The position numbers and the translations under genes are program-made. 64,000 nucleotides of DNA from Deinococcales bacterium (GTDB lineage Bacteria; Deinococcota; Deinococci; Deinococcales; JAAFIG01). Location of the stretch: NCBI GenBank assembly GCA_031414595.1, contig JANNVX010000067.1, positions 23,102 to 87,101 on the forward strand. Direction: 5' to 3'. The notes under the pieces were generated by a model that was not told the origin of the DNA, made no database searches, and worked only from the letters and a program-made list of their open reading frames with translations. Below are positions 22,134 through 32,390 of the stretch, piece by piece. Each line of letters begins with the position of its first letter. Positions within the stretch are counted from its first letter, which is position 1.

Positions 22134-24344
22134 ATGAACCGCTACGATGACCGTGCCAGACTTGTATTTCATTATGCTCGAGAAGAAGGTTCTAAGCTCG
22201 GTCATGCCATGATCGGACCAGAACATTTGTTGCTTGGTCTGATGCGAGAAGGTGGGACGGCTTGCCGAATCCTCACCGAATTTGGCGCAACTTTAGAAGG
22301 TTTTCGTCGTCGGGTCGAAGAAATCATTGGTCGCGGCGAGGGTTTACGCCACACCGAAGCCCCAGCTATTACCCCAAGGGCGCGGCGCGTGATGGAACTA
22401 GCATCCTCCGAAGCCCGTAATTTGGGCAGTCAAGTGATTGGCACTGAGCATATTTTATTGGGCATCCTGCGCGAAGGCGACGGGGTTGCCTACCGAATCC
22501 TGACCGATTTAGCCAGAGACCCAGACACGATTCGTTGGCGAATTCTGGCACACACCGACCCAAAAACCGAACCTAAAAATGTCAATACCCCTTTTTTAGA
22601 CGAGTACGGACGCGATTTAACCAAAGAAGCCAAAGAAGGCAAACTCGACCCTGTAATCGGGCGCAGCGAAGAAATTCGTCGGGTGGTGCAGATACTTTCG
22701 CGCCGCACCAAGAATAACCCCGTTTTAATCGGCGACCCAGGGGTCGGTAAAACCGCGATTGCCGAAGGTTTAGCCTTAGCTATTTTTGAAAAACGAGTCC
22801 CAGATAACCTTAAAAATGTGCGTTTAATCTCAATAGACTTAGCCGGTGTGGTGGCGGGTACAAAATACCGTGGTGAATTTGAAGAACGCCTTCGGCAAAT
22901 CATTGAAGAACTGCGCCAAGCCCGAGTGGTGGCATTTGTGGATGAACTCCATACCCTCGTTGGGGCGGGCGGGGCAGAAGGCACATTGGATGCCGCCAAT
23001 ATCCTTAAACCAGCCTTGGCACGCGGTGAAGTTCAAGTGATTGGCGCAACCACGACTGGCGAGTACCACCGTTATATCGAAAAAGATGCTGCTCTCGAGC
23101 GCCGTTTTCAACCTGTGCTGGTTCTCGAGCCTAGCCCCGAAGATACTTTAGAGATTCTGCGTGGCTTAAAGTCGCGTTACGAAGAGCATCATAACGTCAT
23201 CATCCCAGATTCGGTGCTGATGTTGGCTGTCAAAGTCGGCGAGCGCAGCTTGCCAGGGCGGAATTTCCCCGATAAAGCCATAGATTTAATAGATGAAGCT
23301 GGCTCGAGGGTGCGCCTGAACGCCAGTTTGAATATGCCGGTCTTAGAGGATGCCGACGGCACGCCAATTGTCTCCCGCGAAGACATCGAAGCCGTGGTGG
23401 ACTCTTGGGGCGGGGTTTATATCGATGACCGTGATGACCAAAAACTGCTGGGTCTCGAGGAAGAACTTCGCGCTCAAGTCTTTGGGCAACCAGACGCGGT
23501 GCGCTCACTCGCTTCGGCACTGCGGCGTTCACGGGTCGGGCTTGGTGGGCAAACCCGTTTAGCCGCTAGTTTTTTATTTGTTGGCTCGAGTGGGGTCGGT
23601 AAAACCCATTTAGCCAAAGCCCTTGCCAAGGTTTTATTTGGTTCAGAGCGTAGTTTAATTCGCTTTGACATGTCCGAGTATCAAGAACCACACACCATTT
23701 CTAAGCTGATTGGCGCGCCCCCGGGCTATATCGGGCATGACCAAGGTGGGCGTTTGACCGAAGCCGTTCGCCGCCAGCCATTTAGTGTGATTCTGCTGGA
23801 CGAAATCGAAAAAGCCCATTCGGATGTTTATAACACCTTTTTACAAGTCATGGATGATGGGCGTTTAACCGATGGCATGGGTAGAGCCGTAGACTTTAAG
23901 CGCTGTATTTTAATCATGACCAGCAATACTGGCTTTAATGTTTCCGGGGCAGTGCGTTTTGCTGGCGACTCGGAAATTATGGATACCCAACCGGTTAAAA
24001 ACCTCTTTACCCCAGAATTTTTAGACCGTTTAGACGAAGTGATTCGCTTTAAGCCGCTTGGCGAAAACGAACTCTTAAACATTGCCAGAACTTTGCTCGA
24101 AGAAATGCGGCTCGAGTTACGCAGCCGAGATTTACGGATTAACTTTGACTCTAAAATTGCGGGTTATTTGGTCAGCAGGGTCAAACTCAAAGGCTCGAGC
24201 CGTCAGTTACGCACAATTATCCGCGAAGAAATCGAAGACCCATTGGCATTGGCGCTGCTTTCTTTTCCCGAGGGCGAAGTCTTCCTATCCATGCAGGGCG
24301 GAAAAATAGAATTTGTGCGCCCAGAATTGGTGGCTGACTTCTAA
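22134..24344 (+). CDS. clpC: ATP-dependent Clp protease ATP-binding subunit (ClpC-type)
   Basis: Clp_N repeats, GDPGVGKT, KDAALERRFQ, second AAA domain GSSGVGKT, DEIEKAH. Confidence 0.9.
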   Translation: MNRYDDRARLVFHYAREEGSKLGHAMIGPEHLLLGLMREGGTACRILTEFGATLEGFRRRVEEIIGRGEGLRHTEAPAITPRARRVMELASSEARNLGSQVIGTEHILLGILREGDGVAYRILTDLARDPDTIRWRILAHTDPKTEPKNVNTPFLDEYGRDLTKEAKEGKLDPVIGRSEEIRRVVQILSRRTKNNPVLIGDPGVGKTAIAEGLALAIFEKRVPDNLKNVRLISIDLAGVVAGTKYRGEFEERLRQIIEELRQARVVAFVDELHTLVGAGGAEGTLDAANILKPALARGEVQVIGATTTGEYHRYIEKDAALERRFQPVLVLEPSPEDTLEILRGLKSRYEEHHNVIIPDSVLMLAVKVGERSLPGRNFPDKAIDLIDEAGSRVRLNASLNMPVLEDADGTPIVSREDIEAVVDSWGGVYIDDRDDQKLLGLEEELRAQVFGQPDAVRSLASALRRSRVGLGGQTRLAASFLFVGSSGVGKTHLAKALAKVLFGSERSLIRFDMSEYQEPHTISKLIGAPPGYIGHDQGGRLTEAVRRQPFSVILLDEIEKAHSDVYNTFLQVMDDGRLTDGMGRAVDFKRCILIMTSNTGFNVSGAVRFAGDSEIMDTQPVKNLFTPEFLDRLDEVIRFKPLGENELLNIARTLLEEMRLELRSRDLRINFDSKIAGYLVSRVKLKGSSRQLRTIIREEIEDPLALALLSFPEGEVFLSMQGGKIEFVRPELVADF

Positions 24345-24348
24345 ATCG

Positions 24349-24370
24349 GCACAACTTGACTAAGCTGTGC
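24349..24370. promoter_or_regulatory. Inverted repeat, probable TA autoregulatory operator
   Basis: gcacaactt-gact-aagctgtgc directly before the TACCAT -10 box. Confidence 0.55.
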
Positions 24371-24382
24371 TACCATTAGCCA

Positions 24383-24622
24383 ATGATGTCAGTCAATATG
24401 TTGGAAGCAAAAACCCAACTGTCTAAGTTGGTCGAACGTGCCTTAAACGGCGAAGAAGTGGTTATTGCCAAAGATGGCGAGCCGCAAGTTCGGCTTGTGC
24501 CAATTAAACAAAAGGTGCTAAGACCAGTGGGACTGTATTCATCGGTAGGATTAAGTCCAGAAAGCCTAAAAGAAAGTATTGCCCAGCTATCCGAAGAAGA
24601 GCTTAAGGCTTGGCATGGCTGA
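24383..24622 (+). CDS. Phd/YefM-family antitoxin
   Basis: VNMLEAKTQLSKLVERALNGEEVVIAKDG. Confidence 0.92.
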   Translation: MMSVNMLEAKTQLSKLVERALNGEEVVIAKDGEPQVRLVPIKQKVLRPVGLYSSVGLSPESLKESIAQLSEEELKAWHG

Positions 24623-25007
24623 GTCTGTTTTGATTGATTCACATGTGCTGCTGTGGTTCAATAATAAACCAGACGAACTCAGCCCTCGAGTTGTGACCTT
24701 GTTGCGTGACCCAAGCACAATTGTTTTTGTTTCGAGCATGACAGCCCATGAATTGGCGGTTAAGTATGCGAACGGTAAGTTACCAGAAGCAAGTGCTTTG
24801 GTGAATGATTTTCTGGGAATTTTAAGTCGCTACAATTTTCATGAATTGCCGTATTCGATTAGCGATGCCTTATGCGCCGCAAAACTTGAACCGTCCCACA
24901 AAGACCCTTTTGATCGGGCTTTAAGCGCTCAGGCTTTAGAGCGAAATTATGCTTTGGTCAGCATAGACCAGATGCTTGACCAATTTGGAGTGCGTCGCAT
25001 CTGGTGA
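24615..25007 (+). CDS. vapC: VapC/PIN-domain toxin
   Basis: LIDSHVLLW, HKDPFDR, LVSID; overlaps the antitoxin stop. Confidence 0.9.
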   Translation: MAESVLIDSHVLLWFNNKPDELSPRVVTLLRDPSTIVFVSSMTAHELAVKYANGKLPEASALVNDFLGILSRYNFHELPYSISDALCAAKLEPSHKDPFDRALSAQALERNYALVSIDQMLDQFGVRRIW

Positions 25008-25067
25008 ACCAAAAACTGTATTCAGGCGTGTTGTGTCTAAATACCAAAAAACGTCAGACTAGATAGC

Positions 25068-25991
25068 ATGAGTCAAGGACTAAAAGTAGCTGTTACTGGC
25101 GCGACTGGTTATGTTGGGCATCACGTATTGCGCGAACTGCTCGAGCGTGGGCATAGCGTCACGGCACTCTCGAGAAGCGGCGCAAAATCCAGCACCGCCA
25201 GTGGAAAATCCCTAGCCACTTTTGAGAATGTCAAATACATCGGTGGCGATGTCTCGACGGCTCGTAACCTCGACACAGCCTTTGCTGGGGCGGATGTGGT
25301 GATTCATTTGGTTGGGATTATTAGCGAACATAAAGACCAGACTTTCCAGAATGTGCATGTCAACGGCACAAAAAACGTTCTCGAGGCAGCAAAAAAAGCG
25401 GGTGTCAAGCGTTACCTGCACATGAGTGCTTTGGGTGCGGCTGCCAACGCTGCCAGTGGCTACTCAAGTAGCAAATTTGCAGCAGAAGAGCTGGTGCGAG
25501 CCAGTGGTCTCGAGTATACGATTTTTCGTCCTAGCCTGATTTTTGGCGAAGGCGACGATTTCTTTGGACGGGTCTTAAAAAACCTTGTCTCGAGTGCGCC
25601 AATCGTGCCACAAATTGGCGATGGCAGTTTTCCATTCAGACCAGTCTGGGTGGGCGACGTGGCAAAATGTTTTGCCCAAGCGCTGGATATTCCCAGTAGT
25701 ATCGGGCAAGTCTTTGATGTGGTGGGCAGTAAAGAATTTAGTTTTAAGGAACTGCTTAATCTCGAGATGAACGCCCTAGGAACTAAAAAACCCCTTGTTC
25801 CAGTACCGATTTTTTTAATGGATATTGGTGTGCCGCTCATGCAGATTTTGGGTTCGTTAGCACCGATTACGACCCATCAGTACGCGATGCTCAAAGCGGG
25901 GAACACCGCCGACCCAGCCCCAGTCAATGCAATGTTTAAGCTCGAGAACCGCAGTTTAGAGACCGAATTACCGAAATTACTCGGGAAGTAA
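25068..25991 (+). CDS. NAD(P)-dependent epimerase/dehydratase, NDUFA9-like
   Basis: VTGATGYVG, HLVGII, HMSALGA, YSSSK, FRPSLIFG. Confidence 0.9.
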   Translation: MSQGLKVAVTGATGYVGHHVLRELLERGHSVTALSRSGAKSSTASGKSLATFENVKYIGGDVSTARNLDTAFAGADVVIHLVGIISEHKDQTFQNVHVNGTKNVLEAAKKAGVKRYLHMSALGAAANAASGYSSSKFAAEELVRASGLEYTIFRPSLIFGEGDDFFGRVLKNLVSSAPIVPQIGDGSFPFRPVWVGDVAKCFAQALDIPSSIGQVFDVVGSKEFSFKELLNLEMNALGTKKPLVPVPIFLMDIGVPLMQILGSLAPITTHQYAMLKAGNTADPAPVNAMFKLENRSLETELPKLLGK

Positions 25992-28900
25992 AATAAATTC
26001 TTGCCATGAACTCGGTAGGCTTTCACCAATTTTTTGGTACTGCTCTTGTTGCACCTGATAAAAACTGTTCAGACTCGAGTCGAGACTGGCTTCAAGGGCT
26101 TGTACGTGCAGTCGCAGGGCGGGTCGCTCGAACGGGTTCATGTTTAATAAAATGCGACTGGCTCGAGTGGCTTCGGTTGGATTAATGGGCAAGCTTTGGG
26201 TGATGGCTCGGGTCAGGGCTTCAGATAGGGCTTCTTGGACACTTGGGTTAAGGCTTATTTCGTCTTCTAAGTACACGCCGCGCCAGATTGTGGTGTCCAG
26301 TGTTTCTAAGAAATCCTCGGCATCGGTACGAACGCCTAAACAATAACCAAGGGTGGTGTGTTGCACAATTTCACTGCCAAGGCTTTTGCGTAAACGATAA
26401 ATCAGCTGCCGAAGAGCCGAAGCCGCTTGTTCTTCGTTTTCTTCGGGGTAGAGTGTGTCTATCATCTCGAGTTGAGTCACCATGACCCTGCCCATCAACC
26501 GCGCCTCGAGCAGTAATGCCAGTAGTTCTCGGGCTTTTTTTAAGCGCTTAGAAATGGTTTGGGTAGCGTAGCGCATTTCGCCTAGCACCTCGAGTTTTTG
26601 AGGGTTGGTTTGAGTGGTTTGTTGTGACTGATTAAACATTTCTGGAAAGTAGCGTTTGGCAACATGAAGGGTAGAAATTGCCTCATCTCCCAATTCTTTT
26701 AATCGTCTAATCCGCAAAGCAGCCGCTTCTTTTTGCGAAAACAAATAATCAAATTCTAAAGCAAATCGTTCAAACGAAATACTTGTATCGGTATCTTCTA
26801 AGGTTTTCAGGGCTTGAATCATTTCTTGTTTTGATTCTTCTATAAAACCAAGTGCAAAACGAGTTCTTGCTCGAACCCACATGCCCTTAGCCAAGTCACT
26901 TGTCAACTCGAGTTTTTGTGCTAATTCTATTTGTTCATCAATTAAAGTTAGTGCCACACTTGGGTCGCCATGAAGGGCTTCAATCCAAGCTATATCGGCT
27001 AAGTTACGGGCAAGTTGTGGTTTGCTGGTCAGTAATCTTTGGTAACGTAGGGCATCTTTGGTGTGTTTGCAAGCTAGAATTTCACCAAACGGCGGACTCC
27101 ATTCCATGTACAAATAAGCCAGTTGTAAATGGACTGAAGTCAAGTACAACCAATCACCTGTGGCATGACTGAGTACATTTTGGGCTTCTAAGAGCAGCAA
27201 TTCAGCCCGTTCAAACTGCCCTAAGTAGGTGATGGAGCTTGCAATTGCCGCTTGTCGAATCGAATAACGAAAAGGGTCAGCTAAATCTCGCATCAGTTGC
27301 AAAGAAGTCTCGAGGTCATGCAAACCTTCTTGTTTTCGCCCTAAGTCCATACGAACCAAACCCCGATTAGAAATCAGCAATTCTTGTTCTATCCATAAGT
27401 TGCTAGATTCTTCAGGATGTTCTTGCAGTAAGTTTAGGGTTTGGGTAAATAAGGCTTCGGCTGCCGTAAATTGTCCTAGGATACGCAATCCAAGGGCTTT
27501 AACATTGAATAAACGCAAACGGGCTGAAAGTTCAACTGGGCGGCTTAAGGTTTGGTCTATCAGTTCAAATGCCTCTACTTGTCTGGACAGTTGAATCAAT
27601 GACATGGCAATACTCCAATTGACTACAGGATTTAATTGTTGTTGCAAATCTGGGTGTTGTTGCCAAATCGAAATAACCTTCTGGTAATCACCACGAATCG
27701 CTAGGAATTGCACAAATGCGGCTAGCCAAGCAACATCAAATTCTTTTTCAGGAGCAGATTTAATCAGTATTTGTTCGGCTTCATCACTGCGTCCTAAGAG
27801 TTGCAAAGCTAAACACCAACCCAAAATAAACTCTGGATTATCTGGCTCGAGACGAAAAGCAATTTCATACAATCGGGCTGATTCGGTTCGGTCAAAGGGC
27901 TTTAAGAGTTCTGCGGCTTGAAACGCCATACTACTTTTTTCTTCTAATGAAGTCAGTTGTACCGCATACGCAAAAGCGCGTCCGGCAAAATGTTTATTTC
28001 CTTTGGCGGCAGTCAGACGTGCCACTTCTAACCATACGTCAAGGGTTTGTTTTGGCTCGAGTTGTGCCGTTTCCACCAGATACTCAATGAGTTCTGGTGC
28101 AAATAAAAGGGTTGGAGCAATTAATTCTCGGGCAATGCTGATTTTTTCTTGCAACCACATTTTTGAACGCAATACTTCGGGATACAGCGGATGCACAAAT
28201 TGATTAGCCGACCAGATACCTGTGCTGAACAATTCAAGATGGTAGACATTTTGCATTTGCTCTGACCAAGTGGCAAAAACATGGTCTCTTAGGTTTGGTT
28301 GATTGGGCAACAAGGCTAAACTAAGCAGCACTTGACGTAAAATACTTGGCGCTGCTATTTGCTGGCTAATATCTTCTAAACGCTCAATAATAATCGCTTC
28401 TAAATCTTTGGGAATTGTCTGTGTTTGTATTGGTTCTTGCCAAAACCATTGTTTCTGCACTTGCCATAAAAAACCTTGGCGCAGGGCGTGTTGAAAAAAC
28501 TCGAGGGTAAAAAGTGGATTACCTAAACTGCGTTTATAAATCCAATTTATTGCATCTGGTGGTAAGGGATAAACGGCGGCGTTATTGAGTAAAGCTGTTG
28601 CTGCTTTTTGGTCAAGGGCTTGCAAAGAAAATTCTTGAAATGCAGCCGATAATGGTAAACGGCTGGTGATAATTAAACCAATGCCCTTACTTTTACCCAG
28701 CATTTGTGCCACTGTAACCCAAAGTGCCAGTTGCGCTGGGTTGGCTTCATGGGCATCCTCGAGATGCACCAGCACAGGCGACAGGGCTGTTAAATAAGTC
28801 AATACGGCTTGGGCTATAGATTTTTCGGATAGATTTTGCTGTTCTTTGAGTTGCTTAAAAACTTGTTCTGCCCAAACAGGCAAAGGTTTTGTGGCTACCG

Positions 28901-29138
28901 GTAATCGGGTGTGTAACCAATGCCAAGGTTCTGAAATTGGAATTAACACTCGAGTACAAGGGATGACACTTAGCACTTGCTCGACGGTGTGGGTTTTGCC
29001 CATGCCCGCATCTGCCACAATTGCAATGGCGGCACTGCGAAAACCCGAGGCGATTCCGTTCAGGCGCTCAAGCAACCGCCCAGCTTCGGCAGTCAGTTGC
29101 TTTTTTGAGGTGGTAGGGCTGCTTAAGTGTGTTGGCAT
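25977..29138 (-). CDS. Large regulator: N-terminal STAND-type ATPase, TPR-like repeats, C-terminal OmpR-type winged helix plus BTAD-like domain
   Basis: ADAGMGKT, HLEDAH, LGNPLF; C-terminal LEVLG..KARELLALLL..LRQLIYRLRK..GYCL; TACCCT -10 box 6 nt before ATG 29138. Confidence 0.8.
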   Translation of the reverse strand: MPTHLSSPTTSKKQLTAEAGRLLERLNGIASGFRSAAIAIVADAGMGKTHTVEQVLSVIPCTRVLIPISEPWHWLHTRLPVATKPLPVWAEQVFKQLKEQQNLSEKSIAQAVLTYLTALSPVLVHLEDAHEANPAQLALWVTVAQMLGKSKGIGLIITSRLPLSAAFQEFSLQALDQKAATALLNNAAVYPLPPDAINWIYKRSLGNPLFTLEFFQHALRQGFLWQVQKQWFWQEPIQTQTIPKDLEAIIIERLEDISQQIAAPSILRQVLLSLALLPNQPNLRDHVFATWSEQMQNVYHLELFSTGIWSANQFVHPLYPEVLRSKMWLQEKISIARELIAPTLLFAPELIEYLVETAQLEPKQTLDVWLEVARLTAAKGNKHFAGRAFAYAVQLTSLEEKSSMAFQAAELLKPFDRTESARLYEIAFRLEPDNPEFILGWCLALQLLGRSDEAEQILIKSAPEKEFDVAWLAAFVQFLAIRGDYQKVISIWQQHPDLQQQLNPVVNWSIAMSLIQLSRQVEAFELIDQTLSRPVELSARLRLFNVKALGLRILGQFTAAEALFTQTLNLLQEHPEESSNLWIEQELLISNRGLVRMDLGRKQEGLHDLETSLQLMRDLADPFRYSIRQAAIASSITYLGQFERAELLLLEAQNVLSHATGDWLYLTSVHLQLAYLYMEWSPPFGEILACKHTKDALRYQRLLTSKPQLARNLADIAWIEALHGDPSVALTLIDEQIELAQKLELTSDLAKGMWVRARTRFALGFIEESKQEMIQALKTLEDTDTSISFERFALEFDYLFSQKEAAALRIRRLKELGDEAISTLHVAKRYFPEMFNQSQQTTQTNPQKLEVLGEMRYATQTISKRLKKARELLALLLEARLMGRVMVTQLEMIDTLYPEENEEQAASALRQLIYRLRKSLGSEIVQHTTLGYCLGVRTDAEDFLETLDTTIWRGVYLEDEISLNPSVQEALSEALTRAITQSLPINPTEATRASRILLNMNPFERPALRLHVQALEASLDSSLNSFYQVQQEQYQKIGESLPSSWQEFILLPE

Positions 29139-29180
29139 GTTCACAGGGTACTCCAAATTACATTTTGGGATTTTCTCGAG

Positions 29181-29218
29181 TCGGTCTCGGAGTGCAAAAT
29201 TTTGCACTCCGAGACCGA
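29181..29218. repeat. Perfect 38-bp palindrome after the 726-aa lipoprotein gene
   Basis: tcggtctcggagtgcaaaa|ttttgcactccgagaccga. Confidence 0.9.
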
Positions 29219-29227
29219 TAAGCCAAA

Positions 29228-31408
29228 TTACGGTTTGAACAGAGCCACAAACGAAGTGGTGTTATTTAGTGCAAAGCCATTGCCAAACGCCATTGCACTG
29301 CTGTCTGGTAAGCCAACCACACCCGTAAAAATTGAGTCAAAGCTGAGGCTGTTACTTGGATTGGTATAACCGAGTAACACTTTACCGCCCACGCCAAAGC
29401 TGCTGTCTAAACTGCCATCTTGGTTTAAGCGCACGGCTGCGAAGTCGTTGGTGTTGGCTGCACCGACCATCATAATTTTGCCATTGGCAAGCACAGTAAT
29501 GGCTCGAGGAACGTGCAGGTTGGCATTAAAGGTCACATCTATGCGCCCATCGGTATCAAAACTGGTGTCGAGGCTGCCAGTATCGGTTAGACGAACCACA
29601 CTGTACAATTCGGTGGTGACATCACGAATCAGCATTAACAGTCTGCCTTGAGCGTCCAGAGTAACGCGGCTACGGCTATTAATCGAACTTAAATTCAGAA
29701 CAGCATTGTTGATTGCTTGGCTTTGATAAGCTGCGTCTACTGCGCCAGTTGGGAGAATACGATTCACAGTGATGGTTGAACTGGCTCCTGAATCGGAGAT
29801 GACAAGGAAGCGTCCTTGGGAATCGGTGAAAGCGATAGCTGTTTCATTTGAAAACAGACCAGGAATCGCAATTGTTTTGCGTCCGTCACCATCAAAATCA
29901 GGGTCTAAGTTGCCACCGGGAGTTAAGCGAATCAATTCGTTTTGGGTGATAAATAAGAAACGACCTAAGTCAACTTGGGCAAAACTGAGCAGATCAGATC
30001 CAATGTTGGATGCAAACAGTTGGGTTGCACCATTTGTACCGAAACTCGAGTCCAAAGAACCATTTGGGTTCAAACGGGTAATTGCTGTATCACTAAGGAG
30101 CAAAATTTTATTGTCGGCTTGGAGTACAAATTGCACTGGAGTGACAAAACCCAGTCCAGCAGGAGGGTTAAAGGTGCTATCAAGCGTGGCATCGGCATTA
30201 AGCCTTGCAATCCCCAACGCTCCTACCGTAACCAGTATTTTCCCATCTGGTTGCCGAAGACTAATCCGACCATTGATGCTCGGTGCTGTCTTAAATCCTG
30301 CCAATGGCAAATTGCTAAAACTCGAGTCTAGGGCGTTACCGCCAATGTTTGTGGCTTTGGGTTGCTCGAACCGACTCAGTACGTTGGTGCTGACCAAAAT
30401 GGTTTGTATAATCCCGCCGCCTGTACCTTTAATTGTAAAGTTTTGAGGTCCAGAAGGGGTGTTCAAACCAGCCACCATTGACATATTGGTATTTGTACCG
30501 TTCTCGACTCGCATATCTTGTGGCACACTTTGGGCGCTAATTACCACAGGCGCAGTAAATCCAGCTTTGCGTTCGACATTAACGGTAAAATTGCTGCGGA
30601 CTTCTTGCAGAATTGGGTCTTCGATAACGGTGGTGCTGAGCTTAAAGCCTTGGGTCGTGACAGGCAAAACCGTAAGTTGCACCACGGTACTTCTGGTCAG
30701 GTTATTGGCGACACCAACCATTCTCATGGCATAGACTCCGGGCAGGGTGTTGTTGGCAAGGCTTAATGTCACCAATGAGGTGTTCTGATTGGGTGGATTG
30801 ACCGTTGGGACTGGATTTTTATTAAAAACCGCACTGACCCCAAGCGGTAAATTCTCGAGGGTAAGCTGGACATTGCCGCTAAATGTGGGGTCTAGTTCTT
30901 TAACGTTAATGCCAAATTTGGCGGTAAAACCGGGTTCGGCACTAAACACATTGGGGGTTGCGGTCAGGGTGTAGACCGAACCTGTTATAGCTGGAACAAC
31001 GACATTGATATTGGTACTGACGGTGATGGTTGCGGCTTGGGGGTTTAGGCTTTTTCCGGGTATGCCATCTATCGCAACACCAAGCACTTTTAAGGGGTAT
31101 GTACCGGGAGCAACATTTTTACCGATTTTCAGGCGCACACCACAATCGCCGTTGCTCGAGTCGCGGGTCCATTCTTGTTCAAAACCAGCCGGTAAATTCT
31201 CGAAGGTCATTTGTACAAGGTTGCTAAAGCCAGCCTCACGCTCGAGCGCCACAAAACTGGTGGCATCACCACCAATTGGAATCTCGAGGCTTATTTCGGC
31301 GGGTTTGAGCTTAAAACTTGGAATAACAACAGGTGGTGGCGCAGTGTTACACGCCATGATGGTCATACCTAAAGCGAGGAGCAGACCGATTGTTTTGCTG
31401 TGTTTCAT
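29228..31408 (-). CDS. Surface lipoprotein with Ig-like domains and delta-60-type beta-propeller repeats
   Basis: Lipobox IMAC; repeated QPDGKIL..RLN.DGSLD.SFG; AAGGAG SD. Confidence 0.85.
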   Translation of the reverse strand: MKHSKTIGLLLALGMTIMACNTAPPPVVIPSFKLKPAEISLEIPIGGDATSFVALEREAGFSNLVQMTFENLPAGFEQEWTRDSSNGDCGVRLKIGKNVAPGTYPLKVLGVAIDGIPGKSLNPQAATITVSTNINVVVPAITGSVYTLTATPNVFSAEPGFTAKFGINVKELDPTFSGNVQLTLENLPLGVSAVFNKNPVPTVNPPNQNTSLVTLSLANNTLPGVYAMRMVGVANNLTRSTVVQLTVLPVTTQGFKLSTTVIEDPILQEVRSNFTVNVERKAGFTAPVVISAQSVPQDMRVENGTNTNMSMVAGLNTPSGPQNFTIKGTGGGIIQTILVSTNVLSRFEQPKATNIGGNALDSSFSNLPLAGFKTAPSINGRISLRQPDGKILVTVGALGIARLNADATLDSTFNPPAGLGFVTPVQFVLQADNKILLLSDTAITRLNPNGSLDSSFGTNGATQLFASNIGSDLLSFAQVDLGRFLFITQNELIRLTPGGNLDPDFDGDGRKTIAIPGLFSNETAIAFTDSQGRFLVISDSGASSTITVNRILPTGAVDAAYQSQAINNAVLNLSSINSRSRVTLDAQGRLLMLIRDVTTELYSVVRLTDTGSLDTSFDTDGRIDVTFNANLHVPRAITVLANGKIMMVGAANTNDFAAVRLNQDGSLDSSFGVGGKVLLGYTNPSNSLSFDSIFTGVVGLPDSSAMAFGNGFALNNTTSFVALFKP

Positions 31409-31494
31409 AATTTTCTCCTTATTGCTAAAAACGCGAGGGTTTAAGAACGAAGTACCTGTTTTGTATCCGAACCTCCTGTGTAACGAACTTCTAA

Positions 31495-31527
31495 AGGCTA
31501 AATGGACTGTGGTAACGAGGCTGTAAC
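31495..31527 (-). promoter_or_regulatory. GTTAC-N6-GTTAC box plus -10 (TAGCCT)
   Basis: gttacagcctcgttac-11 nt-tagcct on the minus strand. Confidence 0.75.
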
Positions 31528-31534
31528 ATCAAAA

Positions 31535-32314
31535 CTAGAATGGGAAACTTTTAGGGTCTTTTGGATTGACAATTTTGAGAACCAACCCCAAATCAGTCAT
31601 TGTCTTTTTGTCCTCGAGCCGAGGTGCTTTTTGTACCCCCACTTGGTTAATCAGGGCAGCTTGCTGCTTGCCGTTGGGTAGTACAATCCAACCAGCCACG
31701 GCTTTTTTTGCACTCTTGCTTTCGGCTCGGTAAAAACCAGCTTGGTCTCGAGCCAATGGAACAGCAAAGGCATACGTTCCACTTGGTAATTCAAGGCTGC
31801 CGAGTGCGTTTTGCAAATTTATTTTGGCAATTAGCCGCGCTCCGTTTTTAGACTGCAACTCGAGTGAATTGTCTAAACCGAGTGCGCCTTTGAACCATTC
31901 AGCAGTCTTTTGCCCATCACAGATGTATGCCAGTACACGCTGCTGTTGCAAGGCAATGGCAATAAAAACTGGTGATTGTGGAATTTTTCCAACATAGACT
32001 GCCTCGAGTTGGGGTGAGGCTGGCTTGAACCACAACACGGCTGCAATCAATAAAACCGCCAAAAGGCTAAAGACACGTACATCTAATTTTTTCTGGACTG
32101 GCGTTTTGGTGATTGGTTGTGGCTCGAGTGGCAGACCGCATTGGGCGCAATTTCGGGCATAGGGCGACATGATTGGCGCTTGGCAGACTTGGCACTGCTC
32201 GAGCATTTCTGTGCCATCGTTAATACAATATCTTTCCCCGCTTTCTATCGGTACGGCTCGAGCGCAGCGCGGACAGATGCGGTATTGGGGCTGGCTGGTC
32301 ACGAGTTGGCTCAT
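31535..32314 (-). CDS. Double zinc-ribbon membrane protein
   Basis: CPRC, CIND, CQVC, CAQC, one TM helix, extracytoplasmic domain; leaderless ATG 32314. Confidence 0.8.
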   Translation of the reverse strand: MSQLVTSQPQYRICPRCARAVPIESGERYCINDGTEMLEQCQVCQAPIMSPYARNCAQCGLPLEPQPITKTPVQKKLDVRVFSLLAVLLIAAVLWFKPASPQLEAVYVGKIPQSPVFIAIALQQQRVLAYICDGQKTAEWFKGALGLDNSLELQSKNGARLIAKINLQNALGSLELPSGTYAFAVPLARDQAGFYRAESKSAKKAVAGWIVLPNGKQQAALINQVGVQKAPRLEDKKTMTDLGLVLKIVNPKDPKSFPF

Positions 32315-32321
32315 GGGGTTT

Positions 32322-32354
32322 AGGTTACGGGCAGGGTGGTAACGAGCCTGTAAC
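32322..32354 (-). promoter_or_regulatory. GTTAC-N6-GTTAC box plus -10 (TAACCT)
   Basis: gttacaggctcgttac-11 nt-taacct-7 nt-ATG. Confidence 0.78.
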
Positions 32355-32390
32355 GTCTTTGTTTTTGATTTGTGGCTTAGAATTCTCGGT

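Noticed and set aside
29448-31526. Several plus-strand ORFs up to 225 aa
   Set aside because: Antisense shadows of the 726-aa lipoprotein with no recognisable motifs.
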